A DNA stretch of 62,838 nucleotides, the filler included, from Platydemus manokwari (Eukaryota), in the NCBI GenBank assembly GCA_037951405.1. It is 6 parts of 6 records of this genome, joined end to end, with 100 filler letters (N's around TTAATTAATTAA, not from the genome) between each part and the next. Parts side by side here need not be neighbours in the genome. Positions count along the whole stretch, not along the records: positions 1 to 10,245 come from JBBMOY011154548.1; positions 10,346 to 19,353 come from JBBMOY011314983.1; 4 more parts are not named here. One strand, 5' to 3'. Position numbers and translations under genes: made by a program. Every line of letters begins with the position of its first letter. Position 1 is the stretch's first letter. Of the stretch, positions 1 through 12,094 are shown piece after piece. The notes under the pieces were generated by a model that saw only the letters and a program-made list of their open reading frames with translations, did no database searches and was not told the DNA's origin.

Positions 1-71
1 TTCAGCGTTATAACAATTTGTGTTAATAAAATACCTGCATAAAAACATGAATAACTTTTGACTCAACCTGG
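1..71 (-). mobile_element. Terminal end of a Tc1/mariner-type DNA transposon, cut by the window edge
   Basis: 1-74 is the exact reverse complement of 19280-19353. It reads TA|CCAGGTTGAGTCAAAAGTTATTCATG..., a TA target dinucleotide plus a CCAGG start typical of Tc1/mariner TIRs. Confidence 0.6.
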
Positions 72-3000
72 TATAGTAAACGAACAAGATAATGATTATT
101 ATAATTACGTGGTGATTACGCAATAGTTTTATGTAAACCAAAAAGATCAATAAGATAGTAACCAAAAATAAACCTACACTTAGAAATAAGTCACTTGATA
201 ATTCAACCCTGACAACTAAAATATTCGCATAAAATACTCGCCTTAAAATATCTGAACAACAATAACCCGAATTTAAATTGGCTTGCCGATTAAATTAATT
301 ATCAATAAATTATGAAACCCATTGTTGGAAAATAATGAACACCAATTTCCACACAATGAAAACGTCTATACTAAAATAATAATCTCTCCGGTGAGCGGGA
401 TGTCTATAACATTTTTCAATACCATCACTTTTATTAAGATAATAACAATGATAATATAAAAATTATTTGAAAATTTTCACGATTTTTTCATGAAGGTTGA
501 TTAATTAAATGAAAAATAGACTAAAATCTTATAACAGATTAAATTTAATGTGTGTGTTACTTTCGGGCCTTATTGATTTTATCAATCTTATTTCTATTAG
601 ATATCGTTATTGTCTTAATCGATCCCAATGAGTTCTTGATTAAGGGAGCAGGTGTAATGAACCTTATATATTGTCTGCAATCACACAACTTTATTGTATG
701 AAGATAATAAGAGTGGTAGCGGTGATTTATCAAATCTATCAGTCTCTGTTTATCTTATTTTAATTCCTAAACCCGCTGACACCAGTGACAACGAACAATA
801 ATTTATGATCCCTATCTAATCAATAACAAAGGCTTGTTACTACAAATGGTTATTGCTAAATACAATGGTCCAATTTGATGACTAAATAAAATAATTAAAT
901 AAATATTCCAGGCTGATTTTAATGCTACATTATACATCAAACCTTGCAACGGGCCTGAACAATTCCTGGATAAATCTCACGGTTAATTATTATTATAATA
1001 ATTGTTATAATATTTGTTATAATTATTGTCATTATCACCAAAACTATAATCAGAAATAATACTCAAGAAAAGTAGAGTCATAATTATTAAATTAATAAAC
1101 TCTTCTTATCAAAATGTGCATTGATGGAAAATAGAGCCGAAGTCAACTGCATTGTGATTTTAATAATAAATTAAGGTTGTCATGGCGATCCTTTTTCAAT
1201 TAGTTATCGAGTAGGGATGTTAGTCAGTTTTTATACTAAAATAATATTAATTATCGTAATTGTCGACCACTTCTGAAAATTAGTCCTGACAATATTAAGA
1301 CCTGATACCACATTATAAGAAACCGAACAACCATCCAACCTTATAGGGATTTTGTAATCGCTTATTTACAAAACACTGTCAAGTTTAGTTCGTTTAAATT
1401 ATAATAATTGTGTGGCATTAATGATAATTTACGATAAAGCTGGTGCAGCGTTACCTAGTTGACCTTATATATTAATAATAGCAAGTACTCTTACAGTGTA
1501 CTTTACGTGCTTCTTTTTATTAGTACCTTAAATGTTCATCATTTGTTGATACCCCTTGAGCTATAAAATTCTTGAAGAAGCCATAATTTCATTTTGAAAC
1601 CAACTCATTGACATAGATAACGTTTCAGTCATTCTTCTGGCTATCTCATTAAGTCTTCACTTATACTGGTTAGAGGATGCAAATTGATTGATGACCTTTA
1701 TCTGGTATCTTTTAAAATTATTTTATAACATGGATTTACTAAGAGTTTTCATGAGTTTATATTTACATATTCTTCTTGTAATACCAAGTTAATCAATTAG
1801 TTAAATTGGCCGATTCGGTTAGAAAACGTGACGAAAATCTCAGTAATCAAAGGATTCACATATCTTAACGTGACTATAGCAACGGTAATATCAGTAGACA
1901 AGTCGACGTGTTTCGACTCACAAAACTAGCGGTTATTTATCTCAAAAAGAAGTCTATTGAGCCTTCATTTTATTTAATTTGATAAGATAATTTCAGCTTT
2001 CGCATACACTCAAATTAAAGTGACTGCATTAACGGACGATCACCATTTTTAAATAGTTTCTATCAAATTAATAAAATTTAAATCTCTTAAAAACTTTTAA
2101 AAATTTTAATTTAATAAATCGGTTTTGATGTGGATATTGAAAAATTTATTTATGAAGGGCCTTGAATATTTAAAATGTGGATTTATCTGTTTCGAATAAT
2201 TTTGATGAATATTGTAATTTTGTAACGACATGATTACATAATAACAGTAATAATTATATGCCATGAAATTACATAATAATATTGATCAAAAATACATAAC
2301 AGTCAAATCAACAAGAGTCAAATGATCAAGTTATCATCACAATAATCAAGTTTTTCATAAAATTAATTTATAATTGGGAATTGTCTGGATTCGAAATTCG
2401 CAGATTTTCAGAATGAATTCTCGCCGACATCAGGCCTCCAAATCTATGCTCCAGCTTTGGGTGGCCCATGTTTCCCATTTGGGATTTGGTTTTATGGGCT
2501 TAATAACTATTGATATACTGGATCTTTGTTGCCTGGAGGTGTTTTTGGTTTTTTAAATTTAGGGTTTCTGGGTTCTTTGGGTGAAAGTTTTCGGATTGGC
2601 TGCTGTTGTCTCCATTCGCTATAAGATTTAATGATGTATGGAGTCTTTTCTTCTTCGCTCTCCTCACTGTCTTAGTAGAGCACTGGACGTTTCATATCGT
2701 TTTCCCAACACTGCTATCAGTTATGTCAGTTATCATGATCATAGGATAACAGGAACTATAAAACACATTTCTGCACATAAATGTGTATTGCAGAATATAC
2801 AAAATAACATGAAAGAAGCAACCACACTGGTCTCCTAACAATTATATTTATTCATCAAATTACAGGATTAGTTTTTCAAAATTGATTGTTATTATCATTA
2901 TGCTTGAATTTCATGGAGTTTGATTTTATGATATTTTTATTTTGAAGAACTATTAAACTCCTGATATTTATATATCACACGTGAAATAATTAAATATCCT

Positions 3001-3269
3001 TGCAAGTGTTTCAGTTTTGGTAAACATTTATTTAAAACACTAAAATTCATTTTTTCATTTTCATTCAAAATCAGGTGACGATTTATCACTGTATGTGATG
3101 TTTTAATTAAACAACTCAAATTATATAATACAAATCATAATTAATTAGGATGAATACAAGTTATGAAAAATAAAATTTAAAATCCAAGAGTCAATTAACA
3201 AACGATAATGAAAATTGAAATTAAATTTCATTGGTTAGTTTTGGATCTTTATGAGTAGATTATCTATTC

Positions 3270-3560
3270 AGACCATGGCAGCATATAACCTATTCATCTT
3301 CTATTCATCGACCTCGTCTAAATTAAAATCTTTCATTTTTCTTCTTCCTTTTTATTATTAATATTTTATAATAGAACAAATTAATTTTGATCATAAATTG
3401 AAAATACACCTTTTTCATTTATCATGTCTCCGGTCAACGTGATTGTTTCTATGGTTTGATATTTATTGGATTACCATTTGTTACAATTCTGTGTTTCGTT
3501 AATTTGTACAGCTTATATTCCAATGATCTATCGCGAACACATTCTTGTTATTATTAATAA
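3270..3560 (-). mobile_element. Degenerate Ty3/Gypsy pol fragment (RT N-terminus)
   Basis: Minus strand gives TKHRIVTNGNPINIKP*KQ, resembling the Gypsy HxIxT-xxPIxxxPYR motif; interrupted by stops. Confidence 0.35.
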
Positions 3561-4289
3561 TCTCATATAACAGAGCCTTGATAAAATTTCAGCCATTATT
3601 GAGTTTTCTTAAATCTGTCTTTATCGATTGTATTTCTTTCGAATTTAGCTGTATTCACACAAATTGTCTTTGTTCATTTCTTTGTGGCTATGATTTGTGG
3701 TACCATGTGTCGACAACTATAAATGACTTTCAGAGTTACTATACCAATTACATACCAATTCATAATTCTCTGTGGCATTTTTTCATCCATTTCCGTAGAG
3801 TCACTCTTATTTATTTTATCATTTTTTTTCTTTTCAAGCAAGTCACATTATTTAATTTATTGAAATTATCTTGCTTATTTATGTTATTATTATTATATGT
3901 TTTACTTATATATGGAATACGGTGATGCAGGTGATATTTTGGTAACAGTAGATATGCAGTAGATGTATGGTAACACAATTCCACCAATATCTAACTCGAC
4001 ACAATGCCGAAGCATAGTTCATAAGTTGTAATACTTTAGCAACATGTGACCCATTTTTGTAATTCGGCTTCTTCACAACATCTTTGAATCGTCCTTTGAA
4101 GCTTCCTCCTGTTTCTATTGGGTGCGTTCTTGCTATTTCCTCCTGTTACGTCTATCTATTTTAAAATTGTTGTAACAATGTCACAAATTGGCTAACAAGT
4201 AAAATAATAATTACAAATTGATTTTAATGGATCACTACATCAAACCTTATAACGGACTTCAACAACTCTTGGATTAAGAAACGATTAAT

Positions 4290-5070
4290 AAACTCCATTC
4301 AGCGAAGCAAAGCCAGTTACCTTTCAAGATGATTGAGTTAAACTCGATAATGAGAAATAGACGATGCAATATAGAGTCGTATTTTATAAATTGTATCTTA
4401 CTTTAGGGTCTTCCGGTAAAATTCTAGGCATATAGGGAAATCCTGATCTCCGACTCTAAATGATCTTTTTGTGCTGTTCGTGATTTGAAGAAAGAATCAT
4501 ATCCCCTTATGTAAGATTTGTGATAAGAAAACTTAAATTTCAATGAATAGTATTTGGGTAGTGCCATTTTTAGAAAAAGGCAAACAGTCAAAATTAGATT
4601 CAAGAACAAAGGAGACCAATGGCAAACAATTAAAATACATATCCTAACAAAAACCATTTTATTCACACGTTCACCTTGGATCCACAGTTACATTTCTGAA
4701 TCCAGTTACTGGCTAATTGATGCAGAATGTCATGAAAAGTTATAAATAAATCAAAAATTCAAAATTTTTTGATACGCTTTATTACTTTGAAGACACGAAT
4801 ATAATCCATTATCAAATGTGAATGCAGATAATTTATTAACCCTTCTGAATAAAGTACCATGTTACCCATGTTATGCTCTCCTCAACAAAATGATAACAGA
4901 TTAAATTATTTATTAATACATAATTTACTTGACATCTGTTTGATCAGATAGCTCGTATATCAACATTTCCGCTTATGCTGATTTTATAAGAGAGTAGCAC
5001 ATTCTTTTAGAATAACAGGAATTTAATAGTAAAGAAGACAGCTAGAATTATTTTGGCGGTGTTTCGTTAA
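4290..5070 (-). mobile_element. Possible degenerate piggyBac-like transposase remnant
   Basis: Minus-strand pieces in expected order: VEESI (cf. IDESM), DMYFNCLPLV (cf. DNYFTSLPL), SISHYRV..KGNW (cf. SxYRx..KKW). Heavily frameshifted. Confidence 0.3.
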
Positions 5071-5898
5071 CGGTCTTTAGTTTGTACGCTATTTTTATGC
5101 TAATTATATGATAGTATTTATTCAGTTACAATTTCTAAGTATTGATAAATGCTTATCTCATGGGAGCTCATTAGATATATTTTGCTATATTGTGTTTCTT
5201 TTAAAATCTAATACTCGTTGCAATTCATTCAAATTGAAAATTATGAAGAGTACTTTTAAATCTGAACAGAATATATTAAATTTGACGAGATCTGGTTACA
5301 ATTTGTGAAATAGTTTTTGGAAGGTATATAAAATTGAGAAAATTGGGATATTCATTAGGCATATATCAAGTTAAATGAAAGATAGAAAATTAAATATTAT
5401 TTAATAAGTGAGCGTATTTGTATATATTAATATCCTCAACAAATCATCACGCAAGCAATCAATAATTATCAAATTATTGTTAAAAGGAATTTTATTTCCA
5501 ATGAGAATTCTCAATGATCTGTACAGAATTTAGACTCGTATATGCTTGATATTGATCGGGTAATTGGAATTGAATTTTAAGGTGACAAGTAATTATTTAC
5601 AATTAAGAAAATATTAATTGAAAATGTCCATTAACATTTTAAATCCAATATGATAATGATTAATAAACGTTATTATTTTATTAAAACATGTTTAATTTTA
5701 TGAAAAAATGTTTTCAAATTTAATACTGAACTATTTTCGGTTATTATTTCTATAATTAATTAGGTTTAGATAAAATTTGTTTGAAATTATTACATGTGTA
5801 ATGTTGTTTCAATGATTATTTTAAACTTATGAAACTGAATCGTATTAAATTTTAATTTTGTATTTCATATTTTATTTTATTTGATAAGACAATTAGAA

Positions 5899-8800
5899 AT
5901 GACTTGTAAACTCATTCCATCATTAATTAATTTAACAAATTATGCAATTGGAGCTACTCTAATGACAATACCATACACATTTTCAGAAGTAAATGATTTA
6001 TTTTTGTATTATTTTTCTCTATGATTATATTTGAGTGCGGTATTATGCTTTCATTTATTCTTGTGATTTTCGTATCAATTGTCACAATAATAGCATCCGA
6101 GCTATTATTACAGGCTGGTGTTCATTCGAGACGAACAACTTATGAATCATTATGTATAAATGCTAATGAAATGATTAGAAATAAAAAAAATATTGATTTA
6201 TTTAATAGGTATGACATGTTTTGGAAGTATCGGCAAAGCTGTTTTAGAATTCAAGTATGAATAAGAGCTGATAATGAGAATATTTGGTAATAATAATCAT
6301 TAGTATGATAGGAATGATGTATGGCGCTCTGATAGCTTATGTGATCATTCTCGGTGATCTTGGCAGTGAATTGTTCCATGAAAAGTTGGGAATGAGCGTA
6401 AATATGAATTATTAAAGAGAACAATGACAATATTTAACAGATATCATTGTAGAACACTCAATTTTTGCGTCCACTTGTTCTCATCATTTTCGCTGTCGTT
6501 TTAATTATTCCACTTTGTTTGAAGAAAAATATCGAAAAATTGGCTAATGCCAGTGCTTTATCTTTGTTGTTTTATACGATTCTAACAATCCATGTTGGTT
6601 TTGCATCGATTGTTGTTTGTTATCGATAATGGTATTGTTTTGTAAATTCCAGATCATTTTCATCGATACCAATACCATATCAGCAATACCAGCCAAATTC
6701 TCCGAGCTCAATTGGTGGAGACCGACTGGAATTATGAACGTCATCCCGATAATATCGCTCGGATTTACTATTCAAACGTATGGCATGAATTGAAACTAAG
6801 CAACGGTATTGAAGAATTGATTGATGATTGATTATTGCAGACAAATATTTCCCGTATTCAACTCGATACCGGACTCAAGTATTGCCGATATGAAGCTGGT
6901 CATTCGTGTCTGTACAGGGCTGGTTTGTTTGTGTTATTGCGCTGTAGGGCTGTTGTAACACATTTGGCGAATTATTTCTCGTTTCTAGGTTGGGCTGTTT
7001 GGCTATTGGAGATTCGCTAATTTCCAGCCAAGAATCTCAGCCGATCTGTTATCGATGTATCCCAACTCGGCCACAGCCACTCTCATGAAAATTGGATTCC
7101 TTGCGTCAGTTGCCGTATCGTATCCGTTAACGGTGTTCCCAGTTAGGGCCAGCCTTTACAGTTTATTGTTTATTCGAGTAGGTTTTGGTGATAAATTTGC
7201 CCAGATTATAATTTTAGCGGTAATTGGAATTGATTTGTTGATGATATTGTGTCGATACCGATATCGATACCGGGACAATACTGTTGGGATATTGATATTT
7301 ATACCTGTTGATCCTTGGTAAAATGTGATTCACTTCAATCTGATTTCAAGGATAAGCCTTTATATTTGAATATCGAATGATTTATTGATTGATAATTGAT
7401 ATTCAATCAAATAGATAATCGATATTTACAATAATGCCAATGATTAATAACGAGTACCACAACAACAACAATAAATAAATGAATTATTGATAAACAAATA
7501 ACCAGGATTTTCAATGCATTTCTAATCTTTATATTGGATTCCAGTTCAGCTAAAATCATTGATTATGAGGGTGTTAAAGTCTCTTTTGAAAATATTGGCA
7601 AAAACTCTTGTTTTGCGACAATCGCAGATGCTAGCTAGGCTGTCGCAAGGGCTATCGTGGGAATAAGCAGGGCTAAATTGGACGATTTTTTTCAATTAAT
7701 TCAGGAAAAATTGAATTTTTCATTGGATTACATTCAAGTTTTCAATGAAATGGTAGCCAATAAGAATCTTCAGTTTGTTGATAAACCAGGCTAAATAAAT
7801 TGATTTGGATTGATAAAATATTAAATATGTGGCGTCAGTTTTCGAGGAAAATTGTCCATGAATAAGGTTTGAAATATGATGGACAGTGTGTAATTTTGTC
7901 GTGTTAATCGATAATGAATGTTTCTGTGATGATTAAGATGATGGGTGGAATAATGGGTGAAATAATGAGTGAATGAGTGAGTGGAATAATGAGTGAAATA
8001 ATGAGTGAATGAGTGAAATAATGAGTGGAATAATGAGTGAATGAGTGAGTGGAATAATGAGTGAAATAATGAGTGAATGAGTGAGTGGAATAATGAGTGA
8101 AATAATGAGTGAATGAGTGAATGAGTGAAATAATGAGTGAAATAATGAGTGAATGAGTGAGTGGAATAATGAGTGAGTGGAATAATGGGTGGAATAATGA
8201 GTGAATGAGTGAGTGGAATAATGAGTGGAATAATGAGTGAATGAGTGAGTGGAATAATGAGTGGAATAATGAGTGAATGAGTGAGTGGAATAATGGGTGG
8301 AATAATGAGTGAATGAGTGAGTGGAATAATGGGTGGAATAATGAGTGAATGAGTGGAATAATGGGTGAATGAGTGGAATAATAAGTGAATGAGTGGAATA
8401 ATGAGTGAATGAGTGGAATAATGAGTGAATGAGTGGAATAATGAGTGAAATAATGAGTGAATGAGTGAGTGGAATAATAAGTGAATGAGTGGAATAATGG
8501 GTGAATGAGTGGAATAATAAGTGAATGAGTGGAATAATGGGTGAATGAGTGGAATAATGGGTGAATGAGTGAGTGGAATAATGGGTGGAATAATGAGTGA
8601 ATGAGTGAGTGAAATAATGAGTGGAATAATGAGTGAATGAGTGAAATAATGAGTGAATGAGTGAATGGGTGGAATAATGAGTGAAATGATGAGTGAATAA
8701 GTGAGTGGAATAATGGGTGAATGAGTGGAATAATGGGTGAATGAGTGAATGAGTGAGTGGAATAATGAGTGGAATAATGAGTGAATGAGTGAGTGGAATC

Positions 8801-9378
8801 ATGAGTGGAATAATAAGTGAATGAGTGGAATAATGGGTGAATGAGTGGAATAATGAGTGAATGAGTGAGTGAATGAGTGAGTGAAATAATGAGTGGAATA
8901 ATTAGTGAAATAATTAGTGAATGAGTGAAATAATGAGTGAATGAGTGAAATGATGAGTCAATGAGTGAAATAATTAGTGAATGAGTGAAATAATTAGTGA
9001 ATGAGTGAAATAATCTATGTAACGAATGTTTTTAATAATTTTTTGTTCTCTTTTATTTTTTTCAATTTAGTATTTTTTGATACTATTTTTAGTTCTATTA
9101 TTTATTTTTAGCTATTTAGTGATTATTCTAGTTTTTCTCACGATTCATATTTTATAAATTTTTAATAATAATAATTAATATCATGGTGGAATATGTTATC
9201 AAACAATACCGTTGGAGCAATATTAATTCATTAATATTCATTAATGATATTCATCTTTAGACCACCGTTGTTCCTGATCTGTCCATCGATAGTGATATTA
9301 TCCCCGATAAACCATTTCAAAGAATCACTCTTGGAATCATTGGTTCCTCATTTATTCTTGGATTTATATTGAACAATA
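5899..9378 (+). CDS. SLC38A10: SLC38A10-like sodium-coupled neutral amino acid transporter (Aa_trans family), spliced, 3' exons not found
   Basis: Nine GT-AG exons join in frame: 5899-5988, 6036-6153, 6209-6254, 6304-6397, 6453-6593, 6653-6777, 6841-6943, 6989-7177, 9261-9378. Translation: MTCKLIPSLINLTNYAIGATLMTIPYTFSECGIMLSFIL...RTTYESLCMTCFGSIGKAVLEF...YVIILGDLG...PLCLKKNIEKLANASALSL...WWRPTGIMNVIPIISLGFTIQTQIFPVFNS...VGLFGYWRF...VSYPLTVFPVRASLYSLLF...FQRITLGIIG. This matches the SLC38/AAAP TM pattern; the WRPxG and FPxRxSL blocks are most like SLC38A10. Confidence 0.9.
7941..9014. repeat. Complex tandem satellite (GAGT / GAAT / GGAATAAT / GAAATAAT blocks) in intron 8 of the transporter
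   Basis: Directly visible mosaic of 4-, 8- and 12-nt units; only two C residues on the + strand in about 1.07 kb. Confidence 0.97.
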
Positions 9379-9499
9379 GTGAGTATTTTGATCGATATTT
9401 ATGCTTTATTCTCCCACTCAATATTTATGCATTTATCGTGATATTTTAATTAGCTGGTGATATTTTAGTATTGATTAATAGATATACACTAATATTTAT

Positions 9500-9618
9500 A
9501 AATAAATATATCGTTAGTGCTGATCAATATTAGAGATATTTATTGATCAATATCAGTGATATCTATTAATAAATATCAGTAATATTTATTAATCAATACT
9601 ATCTGTATTTATTGATTT
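9500..9618. repeat. Degenerate ~23-bp minisatellite
   Basis: Consecutive units gatatttattgatcaatatcagt / gatatctattaataaatatcagt / aatatttattaatcaatactatc. Confidence 0.6.
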
Positions 9619-10173
9619 AAAGTAATGATATTCTTCGATATTTATAATCTAATATTGATAAAACATCATAGCTAGATTGATCTAAAATAAATTAGTTTAT
9701 CATCGGTTTTAGCTGCTACCATTTCATAAAATATGATTTGAAATCGAATCTAATAACTTCAATCCTCAAAAGTATATTTAATCAAAATATTCTAAACATT
9801 ATTTATAAAATCTTTATAATTTTTCATAACGAATTTATGTTATTTCTGTAAAAATATTGGAAATTATCGATCAATCTAATCTGCAAATAAAAATTTTAAA
9901 AATTTTTCGAATAGCAAAAGCTAATCACATTCATCCCATAAACAGTTTACAGATATTTTCGCCAATATCTTCTTAATAAAATCATGAAAATATTTAATAA
10001 ATATTACATGACATGATTGATAAATGTTAGTGCTCGGTACAGTCTCTCATTTATTTACCTTTATACATTTATTTGGTAAGCTATAAGTTCTCTGATAACA
10101 TTCAACTTGTTTCACTTCAGTGGCACACCATATTTATGATTTCATTAAAGTTTATTCTCTCATTTACGATTTA

Positions 10174-10415
10174 TTAGGTTGTCCCATATGAAATGTCCGA
10201 TTTTCATGCACATATTTGAAGAAGCATAACTCATAAGAAAATATTNNNNNNNNNNNNNNNNNNNNNNNNNNNNNNNNNNNNNNNNNNNNTTAATTAATTA
10301 ANNNNNNNNNNNNNNNNNNNNNNNNNNNNNNNNNNNNNNNNNNNNGTAGTTTTTAAAAAATTTTGATTTAAAGTTCAATATATAAAAATCGGACATTTCA
10401 TATGGGACAACCTAA
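10174..10415. mobile_element. Mariner element ends: perfect 31-bp TIRs flanking an assembly spacer
   Basis: TTAGGTTGTCCCATATGAAATGTCCGATTTT at 10174-10204 and its exact reverse complement at 10385-10415, with TA at 10172-73 and 10416-17. The TTAGGTTG start resembles cecropia-subfamily mariner TIRs (Hsmar1 type). Confidence 0.85.
10246..10345. other. Artificial contig spacer N44-TTAATTAATTAA-N44 (also at 19354-19453, 32832-32931, 43244-43343, 52932-53031)
   Basis: Identical 100-bp structure five times; the 12-mer places stops in all six frames. Confidence 0.97.
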
Positions 10416-12094
10416 TACAATCGGTGATTAAAAAGTAAGTACTTATTTTTAAATTTTTCTCTCAAAACAAATAAATTGAGTTGAGCTGTTGGGAACCAAA
10501 ATATTATAAAATAAAATATATAAAACACAAAAAAATATAATAGTAATAAATGCAATTAATTAATAGCCTACGTACTACCCACATTACCGAAAAAATAATA
10601 ATAAAATTCATTATACATCATCATGGTGAATTAATACACCACCATGGTAACAATAATAATAATATTTAATAAACACATCACCATGGTGAATTAATGTATC
10701 AACATGGTAAAAGCACATAAAATTATAAAATTTTAAATTTTTCAGAAAAAACTAATAACCAACTCCCACGAACGCCCACAGGAAAAATTACCTGACTTGG
10801 GAGATTCGCCAGAAAAATTTTCTTATAAATTCACCAATCCTGGTCAACATTTCAAATCATTTTCAACTATAGCTAGTCGGAATTTTCAGAAGCGTTTTTC
10901 AATTATAACTGTTCGGATTATTTTAAATCACCAACGCTCTCATCAAGTGGAAATTTCCCAATGCACTCAGTAAATCTTTCGGTCAATTACATGGGCATCG
11001 TACAAAGTCGCAAGAGTTTGTACTGATACTCATTCATAAAATCATATGGCGGTATGAAGGCGAAAACATTTGCACCGGATAATCAGCACGCTGTAAAGCT
11101 CCAAGGACTTGCAGACGTAAAATTTTAATTAATAAGCTAAAATCACATATCCTTTAGTTTATCGTTCGAAGTAAGGCGGCACTTAGTTCCTTACGTCGGT
11201 TTGTTTAAAAACTCTTCAGGGCACAACACTGCTATCTGTCAAATTGTTGGATGACACATTCGTTAATTTTTATTATAATAAACGTATCGTATTAACATTA
11301 TTTTATTGCTCATATCATTAGTATATCTATCAGTCCTATTATACCTGAATAATTACACGCAACCTAATTACTGATTAAAGTCGGGTTGTTGGTGGAATCA
11401 TCATTACTCCGGTTCTAATCATCATTGAATAGTGCATAGATAATTCATCGCGTTCTGCTAGTTGAATTATCTTTTATAACTACTCACCAGATACTACTTA
11501 GCACAGGCTAGTAGGATTCCATCAGAGCTCTATAAGCTTCCACAATCTGATTCAAATTCTAACCGTAAATAAGTCTTTGTATTATTATTATTCTACCAGA
11601 TAAAAACGAAAAAATTACAAAATGATTTCCGTGAATTCGACTTATTTATATTTAGGAATCGTTAAATATAAATTTGTTAAACAGCTAATCAGTCTCTGCG
11701 ATTAACAACTATGTCCTTTTTTCCGAAAGTATGCGATTTAAACAATATTGTTTTAATACTTTCATTTGATCCTCTGGACAGTTACAAAATAACTGCTATA
11801 TAAATTCATCAAAACTCTGAATTCAACCAAATAAAATCTTCCTTCTTCTCTTACTTGGCGGTTACTGGATATTACATTGATCCGAGTAATCTACGCTTCG
11901 GTAGTTGTAAAATATTTGCAATAATGTTCCAGGTAGATTTACAACAATTCATACTAGGTATACTTTATTACTATTGTTGGGGTTCAAAAGAATAGAGGGT
12001 TGTAATCTGTATTTCACTAAACATACTAATTAGTACGTACACAAATGACTCTAAAACCCAACTAAAATTCCATAAATCAATATAAACAGCAACA

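Noticed and set aside
2221-2840. TG...CA bounded solo-LTR candidate
   Set aside because: No clear TSD and no second copy in the window.
5064-5080. Partial resemblance to a planarian spliced-leader start (CGTTAACGGTCTT)
   Set aside because: Match too short; no SL exon end, donor or Sm site follows.
7933-8802. 289-aa His/Ser/Thr/Ile-rich minus-strand ORF
   Set aside because: Artefact of the satellite: the + strand lacks TTA/CTA/TCA there, so minus frames stay open. The 4-nt lattice cycles the frame, unlike a coding repeat.
7941-9014. Possible CRISPR array or telomeric repeat
   Set aside because: No unique spacers, no cas genes, eukaryotic intron context, and no TTAGGG units.
10290-10301. Recurrent TTAATTAATTAA palindrome
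   Set aside because: Always centred in N runs; an artificial six-frame-stop linker.
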